A DNA stretch of 64,000 bases from Amphiscolops sp. MND2022 (lineage: Eukaryota): NCBI GenBank assembly GCA_964187785.1, contig OZ076409.1, forward strand, positions 55,182,001-55,246,000, in the 5' to 3' direction. Position 1 is the first letter of the stretch; each line of letters begins with the position of its first letter. The notes under the pieces are model-generated. The model was not told the origin of the DNA and ran no database searches. It saw only the letters and a list, made by a program, of their open reading frames with translations. Positions 13,521 through 24,800 of the stretch are shown in pieces. Made by a program: the position numbers and the translations under genes.

Positions 13521-13635
13521 CTGGAAGCCAACAGAGACAAGTGACGAGGTTTCTGGCTATTTTGTGGGAGGACAAGCACGTCTGCCTTTCCACATCCAAC
13601 AGCTTCACGCAGGAGTCCCGAGAACCAGTCAACAA
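13521..13635 (-). CDS. WDR31: WDR31-like gene, coding exon 4 (frame not shown in ORF track)
   Basis: Translates LLTGSRDSCVKLLDVERQTCLSSHKIARNLVTCLCWLP, matching WDR31 LCTGSRDNTLLLWDV...SRNVVTHLCWVP. tttAG acceptor, G|GTCAGT donor, phases consistent. Confidence 0.88.
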
Positions 13636-14410
13636 CTAAACAGTAATTCACCAGTGAAACCCCGAGAAACTTTCATACAATTAAACTATAAATTTCAAAT
13701 TTGCATCACAAACAATGCACTTAATTAGTTTATACCAAGATTCGATTGACCTTATTCTCTTTCCAACTGATTTGACATTGTAAAAGGGACAAAAGGCCAC
13801 AGAGAATGCGAGTTAATTGTTTCCGTCCTTATCAGTTTTAGCAACATGCACTCAAAAGTAGCTGCAAAATTACGGGAAAAGTTAAAAAACAGGCGATAAA
13901 TTTTAAGAGCTTTATAACAGTAGTCAAGTGCCTAGACGAAAAGCATATATTGTTAGATTGACTATAGGCACATAAAAGGACCGTGCATGTCGAAATTTCA
14001 GGGTACAATGATAGAACAAATGTTGCTTTTGCTCATGTTGAAGAGGGGGACGCCTTGGTGAAGTTTTTCAAGTATCAGTACGCTGTAAGCTGCTGCAGAG
14101 AATCCCTAAAGTATCAGTATCGATCCCATTGGAGTTTTGAAAGTTTTTGAAAAAATGGTTATTGCAGAATAATCTATAAATAGGTCACCGCATCACAAAA
14201 TAATTGACTGTCAGAGAAGGTTTGGCACCCGAATGTCAAGGTTAAGACAGCCTTATGTGTACTATGACACTTATGGAAGACTCAGGATGAAAGATATGTC
14301 GAAAGTACCTCTTTTTGGGATATCTCAAGCGGAATCTTTCAGCTTGAATCATTCAGAAAAATGATCAAAACCCGTTCTCTGTTTATAACTATTATGTCTT
14401 TACAGATGTA

Positions 14411-14465
14411 AGAAGAATACAGCCGCAAATAAACCAGGTACTTAGAACAGTTTTAACCCAAATTT
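14411..14465 (+). repeat. Polinton left terminal inverted repeat
   Basis: Exact reverse complement of 38448-38502. Weak similarity continues ~40 bp inward. Confidence 0.95.
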
Positions 14466-14596
14466 TAATTAAATTAAAATTTAACACAAGTACTTTTACA
14501 AATTCTTTTAAGAATTACTGAAAAGGAAATGAATATTCATTCCTATACGCACACGCGTGGCTGCTTTTAATTTAATTTGCGCACGCGCTGGCGGCC

Positions 14597-14685
14597 GTGC
14601 GCGGTTTTTCCCGCGCATCCGCACAAGCTACACGAGCGCGGATTTATCCGCGCAGGCTATACGAGCGCGGATTTTTCCGCGCCGT
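14597..14685. promoter_or_regulatory. Cluster of three GC-rich palindromes just inside the left TIR
   Basis: GCGCGG-tttttc-CCGCGC, GCGCGGA-ttta-TCCGCGC and GCGCGGA-tttt-TCCGCGC in tandem. Function is inferred only. Confidence 0.5.
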
Positions 14686-14954
14686 TCCCATATGCAGCAT
14701 TTTTTTAAACTTTCGTGCGCTCTCACGGCCAATAGAATTGGCTCACACACTCATCTGTTGTAATTTTCAATTGCACAACTATTCATCATCAACTCTTTAT
14801 CAACAACAGCAGCTCTTTCTTCAACGCTAACACTTCTACTCAATCTTCTACGACTATACAAAATCCCGCAGCAAATGTTAGTATTTTTCTAAGTGAATTT
14901 CCATTCCCAATCAACAAAAATAGCAAGCTTCTTTAGTTTTTTTTCTGTTATAGC

Positions 14955-15262
14955 ATGTCTCAAAACAACACCACCACCAGCATCGCCGCCGCCGCCACCA
15001 CCACCACCAGCATCGCCGCCACCACCACCCAGAACTATCCAGAAACGGAAATGTGGGTTATTTATTTGTTCGTTTGCTTACTGGATTGAAAACAAATTCT
15101 TATTAAATTTTCACGAGCTTGCAAATCAAACTGTTTTATTCTAGAATCATCAACGCCAATTCGCAGTCGCCTCTGCTTACCACCCCGATCTTTGTTTTGC
15201 CGCCGCCCTACGAAGAAGAAGAAATTTATTCATCGGAGATCTCCCAGGACTCAATGTCCGAG
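14955..15262 (+). CDS. Putative spliced Polinton left-end gene (exons 14955-15052 and 15145-15262; downstream exon uncertain)
   Basis: ATG follows a polypyrimidine-AG. GTGGGT...ttctAG intron, in-frame join (MSQNNTTTSIAAAA...PIFVLPPPYEEEEIY...SE), then a GTATGT donor. Confidence 0.4.
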
Positions 15263-15450
15263 GTATGTTGAAGCAATGTTCATATTTTTGACAGAATTTT
15301 TTTTGTTTGCGCCCTTTAGCAATTGAGAACCTTAACGAAAGTCAAGTTGCACAATCATTGAAAAAAAAGGCAACAAAAATAGTTTCCTATTGTAACAACG
15401 AATGTACACTAAACCTTCAGTTCGAAAAAATTTTGTGTGGAAAACATTGC

Positions 15451-18400
15451 TTTTGTGTTGTTTGCGCATTGCCATTGTACAATACAAGTGCATACACGCA
15501 CGTAGGACTTGTGTAACGACCCCGTGGGTGACCGGACAAAATCCGCGTCGCGCGGATTTTTATTTTTTGCTTTTGTCAAGCTCCCCGTGCATTGTGGGAA
15601 TGTTGTTTTTGTGTTGTTTGCGCATTGCCAATGTACAATACAAGTGCATACACGCACGTAGGACTTGTGTAACGACCCCGTGGGTGGCCGGACAAAATCC
15701 GCGTCGCGCGGATTTTTATTTTTTGCTTTTGCCAAGCTCCCCGTGCAATGTGGGAATGTTGTTTTTGTGTTGTTTGCGCATTGCCAATGTACAATACAAG
15801 TGCATACACGCACGTAGGACTTGTGTAACGACCCCGTGGGTGGCCGGACAAAATCCGCGTCGCGCGGATTTTTATTTTTTGCTTTTGCCAAACTCCCCGT
15901 GCATTGTGGGAATGTTGTTTTTGTGTTGTTTGCGCATTGCCAATGTACAATACAAGTGCATACACGCACGTAGGACTTGTGTAACGACCCCGTGGGTGGC
16001 CGGACAAAATCCGCGTCGCGCGGATTTTTATTTTTTGCTTTTGCCAAACTCCCCGTGCATTGTGGGAATGTTGTTTTTGTGTTGTTTGCGCATTGCCAAT
16101 GTACAATACAAGTGCATACACGTACGTAGGACTTGTGTAAGGACCCCGTGGGTGGCCGGACAAAATCCGCGTCGCGCGGATTTTTATTTTTTGCTTTTGC
16201 CAAACTCCCCGTGCATTGTGGGAATGTTGTTTTTGTGTTGTTTGCGCATTGCCAATGTACAATACAAGTGCATACACGCACGTAGGACTTGTGTAACGAC
16301 CCCGTGGGTGGCCGGACAAAATCCGCGTCGCGCGGATTTTTATTTTTTGCTTTTGTCAAGCTCCCCGTGCAATGTGGGAATGTTGTTTTTGTGTTGTTTG
16401 CGCATTGCCAATGTACAATACAAGTGCATACACGCACGTAGGACTTGTGTAACGACCCCGTGGGTGGCCGGACAAAATCCGCGTCGCGCGGATTTTTATT
16501 TTTTTTGCTTTTGTCAAGCTCCCCGTGCATTGTGGGAATGTTGTTTTTGTGTTGTTTGCGCATTGCCAATGTACAATACAAGTGCATACACGCACGTAGG
16601 ACTTGTGTAACGACCCCGTGGGTGGCCGGACAAAATCCGCGTCGCGCGGATTTTTATTTTTTGCTTTTGTCAAGCTCCCCGTGCAATGTGGGAGTGTTGT
16701 TTTTGTGTTGTTTGCGCATTGCCAATGTACAATACAAGTGCATACACGCACGTAGGACTTGTGTAACGACCCCGTGGGTGGCCGGACAAAATCCGCGTCG
16801 CGCGGATTTTTATTTTTTGCTTTTGCCAAACTCCCCGTGCATTGTGGGAATGTTGTTTTTGTGTTGTTTGCGCATTGCCAATGTACAATACAAGTGCATA
16901 CACGCACGTAGGACTTGTGTAACGACCCCGTGGGTGGCCGGACAAAATCCGCGTCGCGCGGATTTTTATTTTTTGCTTTTGCCAAACTCCCCGTGCATTG
17001 TGGGAGTGTTGTTTTTGTGTTGTTTGCGCATTGCCAATGTACAATACAAGTGCATACACGCACGTAGGACTTGTGTAACGACCCCGTGGGTGGCCGGACA
17101 AAATCCGCGTCGCGCGGATTTTTATTTTTTGCTTTTGCCAAGCTCCCCGTGCATTGTGGGAATGTTGTTTTTGTGTTGTTTGCGCATTGCCAATGTACAA
17201 TACAAGTGCATACACGCACGTAGGACTTGTGTAACGACCCCGTGGGTGGCCGGACAAAATCCGCGTCGCGCGGATTTTTATTTTTTGCTTTTGCCAAGCT
17301 CCCCGTGCAATGTGGGAATGTTGTTTTTGTGTTGTTTGCGCATTGCCAATGTACAATACAAGTGCATACACGCACGTAGGACTTGTGTAACGACCCCGTG
17401 GGTGGCCGGACAAAATCCGCGTCGCGCGGATTTTTATTTTTTGCTTTTGCCAAACTCCCCGTGCATTGTGGGAATGTTGTTTTTGTGTTGTTTGCGCATT
17501 GCCAATGTACAATACAAGTGCATACACGCACGTAGGACTTGTGTAACGACCCCGTGGGTGGCCGGACAAAATCCGCGTCGCGCGGATTTTTATTTTTTGC
17601 TTTTGCCAAACTCCCCGTGCATTGTGGGAATGTTGTTTTTGTGTTGTTTGCGCATTGCCAATGTACAATACAAGTGCATACACGTACGTAGGACTTGTGT
17701 AAGGACCCCGTGGGTGGCCGGACAAAATCCGCGTCGCGCGGATTTTTATTTTTTGCTTTTGCCAAACTCCCCGTGCATTGTGGGAATGTTGTTTTTGTGT
17801 TGTTTGCGCATTGCCAATGTACAATACAAGTGCATACACGCACGTAGGACTTGTGTAACGACCACGTGGGTGGCCGGACAAAATCCGCGTCGCGCGGATT
17901 TTTATTTTTTGCTTTTGTCAAGCTCCCCGTGCAATGTGGGAATGTTGTTTTTGTGTTGTTTGCGCATTGCCAATGTACAATACAAGTGCATACACGCACG
18001 TAGGACTTGTGTAACGACCCCGTGGGTGGCCGGACAAAATCCGCGTCGCGCGGATTTTTATTTTTTTTTTGCTTTTGTCAAGCTCCCCGTGCATTGTGGG
18101 AATGTTGTTTTTGTGTTGTTTGCGCATTGCCAATGTACAATACAAGTGCATACACGCACGTAGGACTTGTGTAACGACCCCGTGGGTGGCCGGACAAAAT
18201 CCGCGTCGCGCGGATTTTTATTTTTTGCTTTTGTCAAGCTCCCCGTGCAATGTGGGAGTGTTGTTTTTGTGTTGTTTGCGCATTGCCAATGTACAATACA
18301 AGTGCATACACGCACGTAGGACTTGTGTAACGACCCCGTGGGTGGCCGGACAAAATCCGCGTCGCGCGGATTTTTATTTTTTGCTTTTGCCAAACTCCCC

Positions 18401-18874
18401 GTGCATTGTGGGAATGTTGTTTTTGTGTTGTTTGCGCATTGCCAATGTACAATACAAGTGCATACACGCACGTAGGACTTGTGTAACGACCCCGTGGGTG
18501 GCCGGACAAAATCCGCGTCGCGCGGATTTTTATTTTTTGCTTTTGCCAAACTCCCCGTGCATTGTGGGAGTGTTGTTTTTGTGTTGTTTGCGCATTGCCA
18601 ATGTACAATACAAGTGCATACACGCACGTAGGACTTGTGTAACGACCCCGTGGGTGGCCGGACAAAATCCGCGTCGCGCGGATTTTTATTTTTTGCTTTT
18701 GCCAAGCTCCCCGTGCATTGTGGGAATGTTGTTTTTGTGTTGTTTGCGCATTGCCAATGTACAATACAAGTGCATACACGCACGTAGGACTTGTGTAACG
18801 ACCCCGTGGGTGGCCGGACAAAATCCGCGTCGCGCGGATTTTTATTTTTTGCTTTTGCCAAGCTCCCCGTGCAA
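15451..18874. repeat. 156-bp tandem array, ~22 near-identical copies, each with a 10-bp-stem hairpin followed by a T-run
   Basis: The sequence recurs every 156 bp (lines 15481 and 16261 align at 5x156). Each unit contains AAAATCCGCG-tcg-CGCGGATTTT. Confidence 0.97.
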
Positions 18875-19198
18875 CCAAATGTTTAAACACAAAAAGGTCT
18901 TGTTGGTGTCGCGGTCATGGTGATTTGCTAGACATTGTCGCCTGCCTCTTGGGAAGGCAGGGTGATGCTGAAAACATCAACAATCACAGTGGTATCTATT
19001 CCAGAAGGTTGAGCCTCGACCCCCACAGAGGTTCAAACCTTCATCACTGAGAACTCTGCCGACAATGTCCGGCCCCGATCAGTATCCGCTGGACTAACAG
19101 GACCTTTATTTGACATGAAAATAGTTTCAGCAATAAAGATCCAGAGACTATGATTGTAGATTTTATAGAACGACGTTGTTTTTGTGTTTGTTCAGGAG

Positions 19199-20302
19199 AT
19201 GAAGTTCCGAAAGCAGCGGGACGCTTTTCAAGTTCTTTACGACTATTTTCGAAGAGGTCGCCAGTCAAGTTTCCACGTTGTGGTCCTCACGCCGTACGTT
19301 GAGCAATTCACGAATAATTTCCTTGGTTACAGCGCTACTGTAAAAGACTACAGCAAAGTTCTTTTTCCCTGTCAATCGATTGACGAGGACGTCAATCACG
19401 TTTACCGAAGTTTCCTCGGTTCAAACACGGACGTGAAGCCAATAAAATGGAAAAAATACGAGGTGATGGATTACCACTACAAGCGATCCTTCGACAGTCT
19501 AGTCCTCGGTATTGATTACGATGAAATTGAAAAAGATTTCCCAGCTGGCGATTCGGATTCGGACGATGATTGGAGTGACGATGGGATCTTCAATCATGAT
19601 GTAGCAGTTCCTGATATAACTTTCAACAACCTCAACGACAATCAAGCCGTCAGGGTCTTCAAGGTCCTTGCAAAGATCAATGATTTCCCATCTTTGCTGG
19701 TCGGAGAAACACGCTTCATTATTGGTCTGAGCAGCCTGCCGGTAGAATCCGTCAACGATGGGTTCCCTATTAAATTTTACTGGGATGTTGGAGAAATGCA
19801 GTTGGTTGAAAATGACACTCTTATTTTCTTGCCAGACGACTGCCTCGAGAAACTGGAGACCATTTGGCTCAATAGCAATAACGAAGAGAATATCTTCGAA
19901 TTTCTTCTCATTGTCGATTTTGAGCAGGGTGTGCTGCGATTTGGCCTCAACGACCAATTACTTTTGCAGACAATCTGTTTCCAAAGTGACCTCGCTTATG
20001 AGATTAGAATTTACTTCACCAAAACCACGGAATCATTGATGATATTAGAGGTTTTCAATCAGCCAAAAGCCTTGTCAAGTCTTGTGCCAGAGTGTCTGTT
20101 GAATATGTATCAAGAGCAGGCCGACGATTTGTTTAGCTGTCAATGGCCCAACGAATTTGTTGAACATCTGGTGAAAAAATTCTATTTTCAGAATTGTTCA
20201 AAAGGTTCAACGGTCACTGATGAACATCATCCCCTGATGGTTTCCCGGAAGTCTCTCTTGGAAGCCCATAGAATTACCAGAATGCAATCGCAAGCTCTGT
20301 AA
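19199..20302 (+). CDS. Divergent SPRY + SOCS-box-like protein (SPSB/Gustavus-like)
   Basis: FIIGLSS, FYWDVGEMQLVEND, FLLIVDFEQGVLRF and PKALSSL occur in the same order as SPSB AVVGVAT, WGWDLGRNRLYHD, FLVALDMDDGTLSF and PLPLMDLC. First ATG is 19199, with an acceptor-like site just upstream. AATAAA near 20435. Confidence 0.6.
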   Translation: MKFRKQRDAFQVLYDYFRRGRQSSFHVVVLTPYVEQFTNNFLGYSATVKDYSKVLFPCQSIDEDVNHVYRSFLGSNTDVKPIKWKKYEVMDYHYKRSFDSLVLGIDYDEIEKDFPAGDSDSDDDWSDDGIFNHDVAVPDITFNNLNDNQAVRVFKVLAKINDFPSLLVGETRFIIGLSSLPVESVNDGFPIKFYWDVGEMQLVENDTLIFLPDDCLEKLETIWLNSNNEENIFEFLLIVDFEQGVLRFGLNDQLLLQTICFQSDLAYEIRIYFTKTTESLMILEVFNQPKALSSLVPECLLNMYQEQADDLFSCQWPNEFVEHLVKKFYFQNCSKGSTVTDEHHPLMVSRKSLLEAHRITRMQSQAL

Positions 20303-20727
20303 TTTGTAATTAAACGTTGCGCTGGATAGCAGTCCTTTCTTGTTGTAACATGTTTTTTGAAGCGTTGAATTGTCTTAAAACTGCTTAAAATTCAATGTAT
20401 TTTTTCAAGGAGTGAGAAAGAATCAGTCTTCATCAATAAAATGTTTGTAATCGGTACTGTTTTTTTTTGGATTTTGCCACCGATACAGTCTAGACGTTTT
20501 TTGGCAGAAGACATAAAACAGTTGGAGTCTTGAAATTGATTCTCCCATCCTGTCCGAAACGCAGCAAACTATATATGTATTCGTTGTGCCTCAAAACGTT
20601 TTCTCCCTTCAAATCACAATTCAGTTTTTTTGTTAAAGTCGCTGATTACATGTTTTACTACATTTTTGAGAGTTCAGATTCACAGTACTCTTTCCGTTTC
20701 AGAGTCTCATTGTTTTGACGAAAAAAG

Positions 20728-21452
20728 ATGAATTGGTTGAACAGTGTTGTACGTAAGCGCTCCCAGAAGAAGACTCTGGGTATTGTTGGAAACGATGCAA
20801 AATCTGTTGTGTCCTCCTGGCGAATCTCACCGGAGCAAGACGAGTCCAGCCACGACAAATGGTGGGACATTGCCAAGTCGCATAATCGCTGGGTTAGAAT
20901 CGGAGTGAAGTGCTACCCAAACAACCTCTCTTCGGAGATGTCAACCGCGACTTACATCGGGCTGCGACTATTCAAACCCGATTTTCAAAGCGGCCAGTGG
21001 CAGCGGCAGGGTCACTTTTCGTTCACTGTTGAAGAGCTGACTGCGTTTGTTGCTTTGCTTGGTCTAGGTGACAAGGCGCAATTGCATTGGAATCATCAGG
21101 GGTGAAATCTGCGACGACGCAGGAGTTCAACAGAGCGATGGAGGAAGCTCTGACGGGTGGGTTCCGAGAACCTACGTCAATCTCAACTTTTGGAAAGAAG
21201 CCTACTGGCAAGAAAGGTTTTTCCAAGGTCAATGGCGCGAAAGTCGGGTCAACCACAACCACATCGAAGAAGCGGGTCCAAAATGTCACGGGCGACTGTT
21301 TGACCAATGGCGACAATGAGAACATAACAATCGAGGCCGACGTTGAAAACCAAAAATTGTTTGAGAAACGAGATTTTGTTATGTTCAACGGTGAGACTGG
21401 TACGAACATAGCCACCACTGAGGATGATGATGATGAAGTTTTCATGAACTAA
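20728..21452 (+). CDS. PC4-like ssDNA-binding protein with low-complexity tail (ORFs 20728-21105 and 21087-21452, probably one frameshifted gene)
   Basis: WDIAKSHNRWVRIGV...YIGLRLF...GHFSFTVEELTAF fits the PC4 pattern (RyVsV...IDIR...GISL..EqW). The two ORFs overlap by 19 nt. Confidence 0.5.
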
Positions 21453-21813
21453 ACGTCTCTTAAAGCTCGATGTTTTGTTGTATATGTGTTTGTTTGTTCT
21501 TGCGCGTGCATTAAGTTTGACATTTTTTAATTTTGGCCAACTTCTCATTACGTTTCACTTATTGGCTTCTAAATAGGCATTTTTTCATACAGTACTTCGG
21601 TTCTCATTTATACTCATCAGGCTAACCCCTCTGTGACGTGTTGCGTATACAAGTTTGTTTCCGGACCATTAATATAAATACCTTCTTCATATAATTTATG
21701 TTGTTGATTTTGTTTTTTTTACTATTTGGAATCTTCATCAATCTTACAGTAGTTTTAATTGCTTCTGTGACACGTTTAATTCTTGTTGCATTGCGTTTGT
21801 TGCAGATTATGCC

Positions 21814-24800
21814 ATGGGGTTCAATCCTGAGCAGTACTATAGTGTAAATCGAATGCCACAAAGACGTAGTCTGTTGCGAGCGGCCAGCAGAGACTATGAA
21901 GTGTACTTCACGGACATTGAAAGTGTGCTGGATCGAATTAAAGAGATTTTCAACCACCTCATCAACAAATTGATATCTGAGATACAGCAAGATCTTCCTG
22001 GTCATTCACACAGAATTCGATTGGTATTGAATGCGCCTACCCTCAACTATCCTATTCATATCCCATTCTCGTCCGTAGCGGATTTCAACGCCGAACTGAT
22101 TCTCGATGAAATTGACAGGGTCGTTAATTCCAACGAGTCATTTGATATTAGCAACAATATCAAAGTCAACGTTTTGAGTGTTTCTTTACCAACAATGGGC
22201 GGGAACCGGCTTGGAGGCATACAGAGCAGGACTGTTCCCGATATCAAGCTCTTCACGAAACAAAAGTCAATAATTGTAATCAAAAGTGACCAGAACGATT
22301 GTCTTTTGCGGGCCATAGCAATTGGCATCAAAGTTAAGGAGCGATCTCCCCGGCCGCCTAGTAAAAGAAAAACGACAAAAAACTTGCACCTGGATCGGGC
22401 TTCCGTGCAAACGCGTGAAATGCAGCATTTGATAACCCTTCTGAAATCTGATCCAAGCATCCCCCAAGACGAATTGCAGACAATTTTGGCTGGTGGTGCT
22501 TCCTCGAAAAGACTTCCCACCTCTGCCTTTGACGACTCCTCTACTGGGTTGCTTCACCATCAGACAGCTCAAACCTCTCCTGCTTCTGGTAAACCTCTTG
22601 CTCTACAAGATTTAGAATTTTTGTCTCAGTCGCAAGTGTTGAAAGACTTTTGTTTATCTGTTTACGATAGCAACTTTATGGGCACTTTCCTTAAATGTTA
22701 TAATCAGGAAGCACAGCAGAATATCGACCTTTTGTATGATGCTCAAAACAGACATGTAGATTTAGTTACCTCAATGAAAGGACTATTCGATGCTCGCCAC
22801 TACTGTTACAGTTGTCACAAGGCCTTTTCCACAGTGAAGCATTTATGCTCTGCCAGTGGTTGTTTGCTGTGTCGGCAGCCTGGCTGTCTCAATAGGACCG
22901 GTTTCATCAACCTTTCGCCGCTCAATTGGACTACCTCGTCCAATGACTTGTCAAAGACCCCTCGCCAGTCACCGGTTTTCCAGTGTGATAGATGCAGGCT
23001 AAAGGTACGAAGCCAAAAGTGTCTGGATTGCCATGTTACCTCTGGGGTGTGTCATTTGTACACTTTGTGCCCTACATGCGACAATACTGTACCTAAGCGA
23101 GCTTTCTCCAATCATATTTGCTCAAAAAAACGCTGTTCTACTTGCTCCGTCCATTACTCATTGTCAGACCGTAAAAACACCTCTTCGCCTTCATCGGAAC
23201 ATCAATGTTTCGTACAAAAACCGAAGAGATGTATAGAGCGAGAAATACCGAATGGTGATACCAATAACGAATTTCCTGATTGTGAAATATTGGGCGGAGA
23301 GAATTATCGTGAAGAAGTTGAGAAAGAAGATCCGATGACGCAAATCAAACGCAGGAAAGTGAGCAACGCTCCAGTCGATGACGATGGTACTGTTACGTCT
23401 CGTGACCAGCCAGCAAACAACTTTGCACGAGCTCCCTCGGATGACAAAATTTGGGTTTTTGACATAGAAACTGACCAGAGTTGTGGCAATGAAGGGCTAC
23501 ATAAACCAATTCTACTGGCAGCAGAGTCTTTGACAGGTGATGAAGTTATTTACTGTGGCTACGATTGTATAAACGATTTTTGTGAGGATGTTTTTGCTAG
23601 TGTTGAAAGGGTTCGTCAAACTGAATGGTTTATTGCCCATTTTGGCAGTGGGTTCGATTTCCTACCAATCCTGGAATGGCTCTACAAACAACACAAATAT
23701 GTCCCCAAAATTTTGCTCAGAGGTAACAAGGTTGTGTCAATGCGTGTGGGGAATAAACGATTCATTGACTCTTATCTTTTCATCCCGATACCTTTATCAA
23801 ATTTTCCCACAACGTTCAATCTCAAGGAATTGAAAAAAGGATACTTTCATTTTTTGACATCTAAAGAGGCCCTCTATCCCGCCGCTACTTCAAAGCTGCA
23901 TAGTTTACAAACATGCGAGAAAGGGGAAAACTGCAATCTGCGCAAAATTGTTTCCAACGACTGCAATCACTGTGTAGCTACACAAAGCAATGTTAGCTGC
24001 TTCAATGCAGGAAATGACCAAGAAGAATGCCAAGAGTTTGCTCTCAAAGAAGGCCAATTTCAACCCGCGTGCCTTTTTGCTTTGAATTCGATGAAAGGAC
24101 AGCAAACGGTGAGCACGTTTTTGGAATGGCACTCAGCACAGACCCAGCTTTATAAAGTTAATAAGCTCGTTTACGACTTTCAACAAGAACTCGTGTCGTA
24201 CTGTCAGTCAGATGTTAAACTACTCAAAGAGGGTTTTTTGAAGTTTAGAACATTAATCAAGAAAGTGTGCAGCGGAATAGATCCGTTCGAAGTCGCTTGC
24301 ACAGCAGCATCAGCATGTAATTACATTTATAGACAACTATTCATGCCGAAGGACTCCATCGCAATCCTCCCTCAGAACGGTTACACGGGCAATGAGTTAA
24401 CGTCTTTCCCAGCTGCCGTTTGGCTGTCGTGGGTGGAACAAGTTGCAAATGATCGGAAGTCAAACGAGTTCAGTATTCGTCTGTATAAATCAGGCGGAGG
24501 ATTGAAGCGAGGCAGAGGTAAGGAGCAGACACTTGGATCATTCAAAGTAGACGGACTTCTTCTGTACAAACGAACATCTCAATCAAAGAGTACCGCATGT
24601 GGGAGTGTTGTCCAGAAACCACAACTGTCGATAGTTTTGGAGTTTTTTGGATGTTACTTCCACGGGTGTCCTTCTTGTTATACAGACCGAGATGAGGTTA
24701 ATAAGAAACGAAATGTTACAACAATGCATGATTTGTACACCACAACAGTTATGGACAGACTGGACTGGATATCAGCTCAAATCTCGAACGGCACAGTCTT

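Noticed and set aside
14893..15144. Proline-rich ORF
   Set aside because: This is an alternative frame of a CCA/CCG microsatellite with no ATG; the spliced model fits better.
15538..15570. Rho-independent terminator (hairpin plus T-run)
   Set aside because: The shape fits, but the context is eukaryotic/viral, so it is kept only as part of the array.
15451..18874. CRISPR-like array
   Set aside because: There are no unique spacers, since whole units are repeated. No cas genes, and the context is eukaryotic.
15402..18923. Long Cys-rich ORFs (up to 572 aa) on both strands
   Set aside because: They arise because the 156-bp unit is a multiple of 3 and stop-free in several frames. They are open on both strands and broken at T-run variants, so they are not called as genes.
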